Source: Candidatus Dormiibacterota bacterium
GTDB taxonomy: Bacteria > Chloroflexota > Dormibacteria > Aeolococcales > Aeolococcaceae
NCBI GenBank assembly: GCA_036561525.1
Contig: DATBPD010000023.1
Coordinates: 58,930 to 122,929, forward strand
Direction of reading: 5' to 3'
DNA length: 64,000 nt
The stretch's first letter is position 1; each line of letters opens with the position of its first letter. Both the position numbers and the translations under genes were made by a program. Shown in pieces: positions 9,488-17,003 of this stretch. Under the pieces are notes generated by a model, which worked only from the letters and a program-made list of their open reading frames with translations, searched no databases and was not told where the DNA came from.

Positions 9488-10018
9488 ATGACCACTCTCA
9501 TCGTCGGCCCCATTCTCGCCGCCACGCTGGTGGCCGCCAGCCAGCCAAAGGCCGGCCATCCCACCACCCCGGCGGTGAGTGATGCGCAGACCATGGTTCG
9601 CATCGAGGTGCGCAGCGCGCCGCTTGCCGTTGCCGAGTCGCTGCGAGCGCAGGCCCCGCCGCCGGCCACCCCGGCACCGACGCCCGCTCCCACCCTGGCG
9701 CCGAAGCCGAAGCCACCTGCGGCCGTCAGGCCGGTGGCCGTCGCTCCTGCCGACCCCAACAGCATCATCGGCATCATCCAGGCCGCCGCCGCCCGCTGGG
9801 GCGTGTCGGGAAGCTGGATGGTGAGCATCGCGCGCTGCGAGTCCGGCCTCCGCCCCACGGCTGTCAATCCGAGCGGGCCATACCGCGGCCTGTTCCAGTT
9901 CCTGCAGTCGACGTTCACGCACAACGGCGGCACCGACATCTGGAGCGCCACTGACCAGTCGAACATCGCCGCCAAGATGCTCGCCCACGGCCAGGCTCAC
10001 CAGTGGAGCTGCGCCTGA
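9488..10018 (+). CDS. transglycosylase-like domain protein (Rpf/lytic-transglycosylase-like, Pro/Ala-rich linker)
   Basis: The product has an N-terminal TM/signal MTTLIVGPILAATLVAAS, a Pro-rich linker and a C-terminal SIARCESGLRPTAVNPSGPYRGLFQF domain. An alternative TTG start lies at 9449. Confidence 0.7.
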   Translation: MTTLIVGPILAATLVAASQPKAGHPTTPAVSDAQTMVRIEVRSAPLAVAESLRAQAPPPATPAPTPAPTLAPKPKPPAAVRPVAVAPADPNSIIGIIQAAAARWGVSGSWMVSIARCESGLRPTAVNPSGPYRGLFQFLQSTFTHNGGTDIWSATDQSNIAAKMLAHGQAHQWSCA

Positions 10019-10057
10019 CGCTCGCGTGACCCTGCCGCAGCGCCGCCGGGGCCGCCG

Positions 10058-10642
10058 ATGCGGAACAATCCCCGGGCAGTGAGTTCTGACGATCGCGACC
10101 GCCATCTTCGTGAGGAGTTGCTGGCCCGCCGGCCGGTGTACGACGGGCGGCTCCTCCACGTCTTCGAGGACACCGTCCGCCTCCCCGCGGGAAGGGAGGC
10201 TCGTCGCGAGGTCGTCGAGCACATCGGGGCGGTCGCGGTGGTGGCCACCGCAGCGGACGGTCGGGTGGTGCTGGTGCGCCAGTGGCGCCATGCCATGCGC
10301 CGCGCTCTCTGGGAGGTCCCCGCCGGCACCCGCGAACCCGGCGAGGATCCCGCCGCCACCGCGGCACGGGAGCTCCTCGAGGAAACCGGCTACACCGCCG
10401 CCCGCTGGCACCGGCTCGGTCGTGGCGCGGTCAGCCCGGGGTACTCCAGCGAGGAGATCTGGTTCTTCGCTGCCGGTGAGCTGACCGGCGGGACCAGCAC
10501 CCCGGACGCCGACGAGCTGCTCGACGTCGAGCTCTACGGCGCCGCCGACATCGCCCGCCTGGCTGGGGAGGGCGAGGTCGACCTCAAGACCCTGTCCGGC
10601 CTGGCGCTGGCCGGCATCCGCCTGGACGGCGCCGGTGGCTGA
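10058..10642 (+). CDS. NUDIX hydrolase (ADP-ribose pyrophosphatase-like)
   Basis: The product has the Nudix box WEVPAGTREPGEDPAATAARELLEETGY. Confidence 0.85.
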   Translation: MRNNPRAVSSDDRDRHLREELLARRPVYDGRLLHVFEDTVRLPAGREARREVVEHIGAVAVVATAADGRVVLVRQWRHAMRRALWEVPAGTREPGEDPAATAARELLEETGYTAARWHRLGRGAVSPGYSSEEIWFFAAGELTGGTSTPDADELLDVELYGAADIARLAGEGEVDLKTLSGLALAGIRLDGAGG

Positions 10643-11246
10643 GGACGCCGCCGACCGCCTCGTCGCCCGCGCCATCGAAAGTGTCCTCGACCAGGTCCCT
10701 GGCAGCATCGACAGCGCGGTTCCCGAGGCCGGGACGGCCAAGCTGCAGCCGTGGGCCGAGACTGCCGCGCCGCTGGGCCGCAACAAGCGCCCGCTCGACG
10801 AGCTTCTGGTCGAGCTTGGGGAGCGCGTCGCCGCCGACCCCGATGCCCGCGCCACGCTGCCGCGCACCCGTCATCCTGCGCTCGCCTTCTTCGACCGCTT
10901 CGGTCGGGGTGGCCGTGGCCAGCCCGGCGCCGACCCCGGCCCGCCGGCCGAGCAGGGAGGAGGACGGCGCCGGCGCCGCCGCCGCGGTGGTGGCCGTCTC
11001 GGCGGTCAGGCGGTCGTGGCTGAGGCACCGGCCCAAGCGGCGAACCCGCCCGGCGAGAGGCAGCCGTCGTCGGGTAAGCGGCGTCGCCGCGGCCGCGGCG
11101 GTGGCGGCGGTGGCGCTGCCGGCGGTCCCACCGCGAGCCAGGGCGGCCAGCCCGGCCAGCCCCGCCCGGCCCCGAGTGGGGGCCGGCGCCGGCGCGGCCG
11201 CCGCGGGCGCGGCGGAGGTGGCGCTCCACCACCACCGTCGGGGTGA
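10635..11246 (+). CDS. hypothetical protein with a roughly 110-aa Arg/Gly-rich (RGG-like) low-complexity C-terminal tail
   Basis: A roughly 90-aa structured N-terminal part is followed by GGGRRRRRRRGGGR and GRRRRGRRGRGGGG stretches. Start and stop are coupled to the flanking genes. Confidence 0.5.
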   Translation: MAEDAADRLVARAIESVLDQVPGSIDSAVPEAGTAKLQPWAETAAPLGRNKRPLDELLVELGERVAADPDARATLPRTRHPALAFFDRFGRGGRGQPGADPGPPAEQGGGRRRRRRRGGGRLGGQAVVAEAPAQAANPPGERQPSSGKRRRRGRGGGGGGAAGGPTASQGGQPGQPRPAPSGGRRRRGRRGRGGGGAPPPPSG

Positions 11247-12016
11247 GCTCGCAGATCCTCGACGGCGGGCCGGTGGACGCGGTTCTCTTCGACTACGGCC
11301 TCACCCTGGTCGACTTCGAGCGCCCGGAAGCCGCCATCGATGCCGCGCAGGTGGAGATCGCGCACGGCATCGGCCAGGCTGGCTACCCGGCGCCATCCCC
11401 GGACACGCTGCGCGCCGAGGTCCACGACCGGGTTGAGGCTGAGGTGAGAGCCCACGAGGAGCGTGGTGCACTCGAGGAGATCGACATCGTGGATGTCGAG
11501 CGCCGCGCCTTTGCCGCCCTTGGGCTGTATCTCGACGACGACCTCCGCGATCGTTGCAGCCGGATCGCGCAGGAGGCCTGGTTCTGTGGCGTGCGTGCCT
11601 ACCCCGAGGTCGCCGAGGTGCTCGGCACCCTGAGTGCCGCCGGGCTCCGCCTGGGGATCTGCTCGAACGCTGCCTATCGTCCGGCGAGCATGCGCGACCA
11701 GGTCTGGCACGTCGGCATCGGCGACCTCATCGATGCCGCCGTCTTCTCGAGCGGTGTGGGCTGGCGCAAGCCGTCGCCGAGGATCTTCAGCGCGGCCCTC
11801 GAGGCGCTCGGCGCGAGCGCGGCCACCACCGTCTTCGTCGGCGACCGGTTGCGCGAGGACGTCGGCGGCGCCCACGGGGCAGGTATGCGGGCCGTGCTCG
11901 TGTCGCGACCGAGGGTGCCTGCAAGCCAAGCGGCGGATGCTGGGGAGCCGGAGGCTGTGATCAGCTCCCTCCGCGAGCTGCCCGCGCTGGTCCTCGACGC
12001 CCGCGTGGCGCGGTGA
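11243..12016 (+). CDS. HAD-superfamily hydrolase
   Basis: The product has motif I DAVLFDYGLTLVDF and a motif IV-like VFVGDRLREDVGGAHGAG. Confidence 0.8.
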   Translation: MSSQILDGGPVDAVLFDYGLTLVDFERPEAAIDAAQVEIAHGIGQAGYPAPSPDTLRAEVHDRVEAEVRAHEERGALEEIDIVDVERRAFAALGLYLDDDLRDRCSRIAQEAWFCGVRAYPEVAEVLGTLSAAGLRLGICSNAAYRPASMRDQVWHVGIGDLIDAAVFSSGVGWRKPSPRIFSAALEALGASAATTVFVGDRLREDVGGAHGAGMRAVLVSRPRVPASQAADAGEPEAVISSLRELPALVLDARVAR

Positions 12017-13047
12017 GGGCGGTGCAGTTCTCGGCGTACGGGGCTGCGCCACGGCTCATCGAGACAGATGCGCCGCCTTGCCCGGCCGACGGCGTCGTCG
12101 TCAAAGTCATGGCGACGGGTCTGTGCCGATCCGACTGGCACGCCTGGATGGGTCACGAGACCGTCCCCCTGCCGCACATCCCCGGCCACGAGTTCGCCGG
12201 GGTGATCGCAGCCGTCGGCGATGACGTCAGAGGGTGGTCGGTCGGCGACCGGGTCACCGCGCCGTTCGTGCTCGGCTGCGGGGTCTGCGACTACTGCCGC
12301 GCCGGCGACGCACAGGTCTGCCCGGACCAGCGCCAGCCGGGTTTCACTGGTCCCGGCTCGTTCGCCGAGCTGGTCGCCGTCGAGCGCGCCGCTGCCAACC
12401 TGATTGCGCTGCCCGCCGAGCTCGACTTCGTCGCCGCCGCGTCACTGGGTTGCCGTTTCTCGACCGCCTTCAGGGCCCTGACGGCGCACGGCAACGTGGT
12501 CGCCGAGCAATGGGTGGCGGTTCACGGCTGCGGCGGGCTCGGACTGTCCGCGGTGATGATCGCCAGCGCGCTTGGCGCGCGCGTGGTGGCCCTCGACCCG
12601 TCGCCCGCGGCTCTGACCTGGGCTGCGGCGCTGGGTGCGGCGCAGCTCATCGACGTGGGCGCCCACCCGGACTCGGCCGCGGCCGTGATCGACGTCACCG
12701 GCGGCGGCGCGCACGTGTCGGTCGATGCCATCGGTGACGCGAGGACCGCGGTCGCGTCGGTGATGTCGCTGCGCCGGCGCGGCCGTCACGTCCAGGTCGG
12801 TCTGCTGCACGGGGCGGACGCGATGACCGCGCTGCCGATGGACCGGGTCATCTCGCACGAATTGCAGATCCACGGTTCGCACGGGATGGCCGCGCATGAA
12901 TATCCGGCCATGCTCGCGCTTGTGGTCTCCGGCGCGCTGCGCCCCGACCGGCTGGTGGGCGCGGTGATCGGGCTCGACGCAGCCGCCGACGCGCTCACCG
13001 CGATGCACAGCAACGCCGGGCATGGCATGACGGTGATCGCGCTGTAG
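12013..13047 (+). CDS. zinc-binding alcohol dehydrogenase (MDR family)
   Basis: A GTG start overlaps the HAD stop. The product has CRSDWH and GHEFAGV zinc-site motifs plus a Rossmann motif VHGCGGLGLSAV. Confidence 0.85.
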   Translation: MRAVQFSAYGAAPRLIETDAPPCPADGVVVKVMATGLCRSDWHAWMGHETVPLPHIPGHEFAGVIAAVGDDVRGWSVGDRVTAPFVLGCGVCDYCRAGDAQVCPDQRQPGFTGPGSFAELVAVERAAANLIALPAELDFVAAASLGCRFSTAFRALTAHGNVVAEQWVAVHGCGGLGLSAVMIASALGARVVALDPSPAALTWAAALGAAQLIDVGAHPDSAAAVIDVTGGGAHVSVDAIGDARTAVASVMSLRRRGRHVQVGLLHGADAMTALPMDRVISHELQIHGSHGMAAHEYPAMLALVVSGALRPDRLVGAVIGLDAAADALTAMHSNAGHGMTVIAL

Positions 13048-13082
13048 CGCGTGCAGCCGCCACATCGCATCGGTTGTAACGA

Positions 13083-13115
13083 TTGTCGGGACCTTCAAGA
13101 GTGCCGGTCTATACT
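13083..13115 (+). promoter_or_regulatory. candidate promoter: TTGTCG, 21 nt, TATACT
   Basis: TATACT at 13110-13115 is a near-consensus -10 hexamer, rare in 72% GC DNA. The spacer to TTGTCG is longer than optimal. Confidence 0.2.
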
Positions 13116-13430
13116 CGCGGAACCTTACGACCACGCCGTCAATTTCGAGGCACCGATCCGGTGGACTTTCGTGACTACCTCAAGGAGAGGTGCCGCGCCC
13201 GCGGTATCTCACTCCACCGTCTGGCGCTGCTCTGCGACCTCAACCAGATCTATTTCTACCAGGCGGTGAACAAGAACAAGGAGAACCCACCGCCGTGGGT
13301 GCTGCGCCGCGCCGCGCCCCACCTCGGCGTCTCCTACGTTGAGCTGATGATCGCCGCCGGATATCTCCGCGACGAGGACCTGCGCGAATGGACCAGGGGC
13401 ACCTCGGTGGCGGCAGCGCCGGCGAGCTGA
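13083..13430 (+). CDS. XRE-family helix-turn-helix transcriptional regulator (small)
   Basis: The product has an HTH-like segment LKERCRARGISLHRLALLCDLNQIYFYQAVN. The start is ambiguous between TTG 13083 and GTG 13161. It lies immediately upstream of dinB. Confidence 0.55.
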   Translation: MSGPSRVPVYTRGTLRPRRQFRGTDPVDFRDYLKERCRARGISLHRLALLCDLNQIYFYQAVNKNKENPPPWVLRRAAPHLGVSYVELMIAAGYLRDEDLREWTRGTSVAAAPAS

Positions 13431-13485
13431 CCGGGCAGTTCGCGCGAGGCATCGGGACCGCTCACGCGCCACCGATACTTCATCC

Positions 13486-14697
13486 GTGCAGTGGCCGCGG
13501 GCGATCATCCATATCGATCTCGACGCCTTCTACGCGTCGGTCGAGCAGCTGCGCCGGCCGGAGTTGCGCGGCCGGCCGGTGATCGTTGGCGGCGGTGGTG
13601 ACGACTACCGGCGCGGCGTGGTCAGCGCGGCGTCGTACGAGGCGCGGCGCTACGGCGTGCGCTCCGCGATGCCTTTGGGGCGCGCCCGCCGCCTCTGCCC
13701 GCATGCGGCGGTCCTGCCTGTCGATTTCGTCGCCTACCGCGCCGCCTCCCGCCAGGTGTTCGCGATTGCGCGCGACTTCACGCCTCAGCTCGAACCGGCG
13801 TCGCTGGACGAGGCCTACCTCGATGTTGGCGGCTCGATCGCGCGAATGGGACCGCCGGACCAGATGGCCGCCGAGCTCCGCGACCGTGTCGCCGATGAGT
13901 GTGGCCTCGACCTGTCGTGCGGAGTGGCCACGTGCAAGCTCGTCGCCAAGGTGGCGTCCGACCTGCGCAAGCCGCGCGGCTTCGTTGTGGTCCGGCCCGG
14001 CGACGAGGCCGCTTTCCTGGCGCAACTGCCGCTGCGCCGCCTGCCCGGGCTCGGGCCGGCGTCGGAGAAGGCGCTTGCCGGGCTGGGGTTGACCACTCTC
14101 GGTGAGCTGGCGGCATTCCCGCTGCAGACGCTGCGACGCCGCCTCGGCGAGCACGCCGCGTTGAGCCTGACTGAGCGCGCACGCGGCGTCGACCACAGCG
14201 AGGTGGTGCTCCCGACCCGGCCCAAGAGCGTGTCGCGCGAGGAGACCTTCTCGACCGACGTGTCCGACCGCGGCGAGCTGCACCGCCGCCTGCGCGAGTG
14301 CGCCGCCGATGTCGGGCGCCAGCTACGCCGCGGCGGCTGGACGGCGAAGACCGCCACGCTCAAGCTTCGCTACGCCGATTTCACCACGCTCACGCGCCAG
14401 CTCACCTGGCCCAGCCCGCAGCACGGTGACACGGTGCTGGCGGAGGCGGCGCTGCATCTCTTCGACGCCACCTGGGCCGGCACGCCGGTGCGGCTGCTTG
14501 GCATGGGCGTCAGCGGCATCATCGACACTGCCCAGCTCGACCTCTTCGAGACCGTCGGCTCGCCGCGCGACGAGCACCTCGACCAAACCCTCGACGTGCT
14601 CCGCGACCGCTTCGGCAAAGCCGCCCCGCACCGCGGTGCCGAGCCGGCGATGCGCGACCTCGACTTCCGTGGCGAGGACCTGCGCGACGGCGAGTGA
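13486..14697 (+). CDS. dinB: DNA polymerase IV (Y-family)
   Basis: The product from a GTG start has IHIDLDAFYASVEQ, SLDEAYLDV and a little-finger domain. Confidence 0.9.
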   Translation: MQWPRAIIHIDLDAFYASVEQLRRPELRGRPVIVGGGGDDYRRGVVSAASYEARRYGVRSAMPLGRARRLCPHAAVLPVDFVAYRAASRQVFAIARDFTPQLEPASLDEAYLDVGGSIARMGPPDQMAAELRDRVADECGLDLSCGVATCKLVAKVASDLRKPRGFVVVRPGDEAAFLAQLPLRRLPGLGPASEKALAGLGLTTLGELAAFPLQTLRRRLGEHAALSLTERARGVDHSEVVLPTRPKSVSREETFSTDVSDRGELHRRLRECAADVGRQLRRGGWTAKTATLKLRYADFTTLTRQLTWPSPQHGDTVLAEAALHLFDATWAGTPVRLLGMGVSGIIDTAQLDLFETVGSPRDEHLDQTLDVLRDRFGKAAPHRGAEPAMRDLDFRGEDLRDGE

Positions 14698-14704
14698 CGG
14701 CTGC

Positions 14705-14975
14705 TCAGACGTGCAGGAGCGACTTCACCAGCTGGATGACGAGCACGGCTCCGCCGCCTTTGACGAGCATGTCGACAAGGAAGCCCGAGCTCGACTCCTG
14801 GTGCTGCATCACCTTGTGCAGGCTGGACAGCGCCACGCCGGCCGGGATCAGGTACTCACCGGCAGTGAGCAGCGGGCTCGCAATCGTGTCCCAAACGTGC
14901 AATGTGTCTTTGCTCGGATCCACCTGGATGTCGGCGACAAGGTGGGCGAGCACGGTGACCACGAGGAGCATCGGA
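14705..14975 (-). CDS. small hypothetical protein (88 aa), convergent with dinB
   Basis: ATG at 14975 is preceded by GGGAG 8 nt upstream. GC3 is about 87% although the locus is AT-richer. The product reads MLLVVTVLAHLVADIQVDPS... with hydrophobic termini. Confidence 0.4.
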
Positions 14976-15029
14976 AGTTCTCCCTGGTTGTCTGACGGGG
15001 CACTCAGGCGGCCACTGTCTGCTCTGTCC

Positions 15030-15084
15030 GCGGACACACCGAGGACAACGATGTCCGCTGCGTGTCCCGGGAGCGGACACACCG
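15030..15084. repeat. direct repeat GCGGACACACCG x2 (15030-15041 and 15073-15084), near palindrome GTCCGCGGAC (15026-15035) and tandem GTGACGTGACG (15088-15098)
   Basis: Read directly from the 390-nt divergent intergenic region between the small gene and the VirB6-like gene. The layout looks like an operator. Confidence 0.35.
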
Positions 15085-15362
15085 TCCGTGACGTGACGGA
15101 CTTGATCGTCAGGGAGTTGCGCCTGCGCCCGTTCAGCGACGCCGCCACCGCGCCGGCTCATCCACGCGAGCGGGGCGCGGCCGCCGTAACTCCGGACGCG
15201 AGGCTTGATGCCGAGCCCCTCAGCCGACTGTCGGCGCGGCACTCACTTCGACGTGTCGTCGACGAGCACGAGCTCTGAACGGGGTTTGTCCGCTGCCGGT
15301 CCGCAGCCCACGACTAGGTTCTGCAGCATGCTGCTCATCGCCGCGCCCACAGATGCGGTGCG

Positions 15363-17003
15363 ATGCTGACGATCGCGTCGCGATTCCCCGTGAACATGCA
15401 CATGGTTCTGGACGCGTGCGGTGTCTTCGGCCTCGGGCTGGGTGGAATCTGCAGCTTCGTCACCGGAGCGGCGGACTGGTTCAGCCAAACGCTGGAGGTC
15501 ATCCAGAACCCATTCAAATGGCTGTACCACCACACGCTCGGCGCGCCCATCCCCCAGCACGCGGGTGACCCCGGCTGGGACGCGTGCCAGGCGGATTGGA
15601 GCCAGCCGACATGCCCGAAGCTCATCGACGAGCTCAAGCCCGGCAGCCTGACGCTGTCGAGCACCTGGCCGCGCCTGTACAGCTCATTGTCGGTGTCGGG
15701 CGTCTTCATCGCTGCGACGTGCTGCGTTGTCCGGGTGGTGCGTGGGGTCTTCGACGAGCGCGTGGTGGGCGCGCACGTGGTGATCGACAACGTCGTCCGC
15801 ATGGTGGTCGCGACCGGCGTCCTGGTGGTGCCGACACCGGACAACTCATTGCTCCTCAACGCGCTGAGGCTCAGCACCCTGGCGTCCGGTCGCATCGCGG
15901 AGGCGAGCGCAGGCGCCGTCTCGTCAGCCTTCACTGCGAACCTCGATCTCAGCACAGTGGTGGGCAACATTGCGGCAACCGGCTTCGGGATCGCCGGCAT
16001 CGGTGACTTCCTGGTGGCGATCCCCATCCTGCTGGTCGCGGCCGCGTTCGTCTACGTGATGGCTCTGTACCTGCTGCGCATCATCCAGCTCATCTTCGCT
16101 GTGGCCACAGCGCCGCTGTTCGTCGCTCTGGCCGTGTACGACCACCGCAACCGGTTCCTGCAGTGGTGGCTCGACTTGTTCGCCTCGGCAATGTTGCTGC
16201 CCGTAGTTCTGGCCATCTGCGGGTCGCTGACGGCGGGCGTCGCCCTCTTCCTGCTCAACGGCAATCAAAACCAGCTCTCGCCAGGCGGCGCTGCGGAGTC
16301 GGTGACACGCACGCTGCTGGCCTGTTTTGCCGTGCTCGGCGGCGTCTGGATGACCGGCAAGGCGGTGCACGGCCTGGCCTGGCGACAGTTCAGCCACGGC
16401 GGGATCACCGGAGCCGCGACCGCTGTGTCGACCACGGTCATGGCGCTCCCCACCGCTGCCGGTGACGTCGCATCCCTGATGAGGGTCAGCGGCCGCACGC
16501 CGCGGCCAGGAGGTCTGCTCGAGACTCTGAGCCGCCCGGCAGGGCGCCGCGGTGCCACCGCGCCGACCCCAACGCGAGCGGCCGAGACGGGATCTGTCGT
16601 TGCCGCCGCAGCCGCTGGACACGCCGCGGCGGTGCTCGGCGAGAGCCCGGAGGTCGAGGCCGCGATGGAGGCGGCCGGCAGCGCGGACTTCAGCCGTCAT
16701 GGGTCGACGGCAGGCGTTCTTGATCAGCCGGCGATGAGAGTCGCATTCAACCAGGCCATTGGCGCGTCCATCGGGCGGTTCGCGACATCTGACGAGGGCC
16801 GGCTGGTGGTGGCGGAATCGACGCGGCATCTCGATGCCGCAGCCGCCGACCCCGCGGTGAGGGTGGCCGAGTACACCAGGGCGCTGGCGGACGATCCGCG
16901 CACCGGCAACGCGGTCGCCGGCCTGGCCTTCGCCAGCCTCCTTCACAACCAGGCACCGGACCTCGCGCCGATCCTGCGCAACCGCGCAGTCACCGCGGCA
17001 TGA
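15363..17003 (+). CDS. VirB6/TrbL-like polytopic membrane protein (T4SS/MPF-like)
   Basis: The 546-aa product has at least 6 TM helices (VVATGVLVVPT, FLVAIPILLVAAAFVYVMALYLL, LLPVVLAICGSLTAGVALFLL) and a hydrophilic Ala-rich C-terminus. Its stop overlaps the next start in an ATGA. Confidence 0.55.
   Translation: MLTIASRFPVNMHMVLDACGVFGLGLGGICSFVTGAADWFSQTLEVIQNPFKWLYHHTLGAPIPQHAGDPGWDACQADWSQPTCPKLIDELKPGSLTLSSTWPRLYSSLSVSGVFIAATCCVVRVVRGVFDERVVGAHVVIDNVVRMVVATGVLVVPTPDNSLLLNALRLSTLASGRIAEASAGAVSSAFTANLDLSTVVGNIAATGFGIAGIGDFLVAIPILLVAAAFVYVMALYLLRIIQLIFAVATAPLFVALAVYDHRNRFLQWWLDLFASAMLLPVVLAICGSLTAGVALFLLNGNQNQLSPGGAAESVTRTLLACFAVLGGVWMTGKAVHGLAWRQFSHGGITGAATAVSTTVMALPTAAGDVASLMRVSGRTPRPGGLLETLSRPAGRRGATAPTPTRAAETGSVVAAAAAGHAAAVLGESPEVEAAMEAAGSADFSRHGSTAGVLDQPAMRVAFNQAIGASIGRFATSDEGRLVVAESTRHLDAAAADPAVRVAEYTRALADDPRTGNAVAGLAFASLLHNQAPDLAPILRNRAVTAA

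Noticed and set aside
10900-11230. GC-rich periodic repeats (GGCGGCGGC / CGCCGCCGC) as a possible CRISPR array or tandem repeat.
   Set aside because: They are in-frame codon repeats (RGG/RRR) of a coding low-complexity tail. There is no unit-spacer periodicity.
13431-13485. A LexA SOS box or RecA-NDp motif in front of dinB.
   Set aside because: There is no TCGAAC-N4-GTTCGA palindrome. TTGTCGG...TATACT upstream of the HTH gene has the wrong spacing for the TTGTCRgtg-N8-TAnnnT motif.
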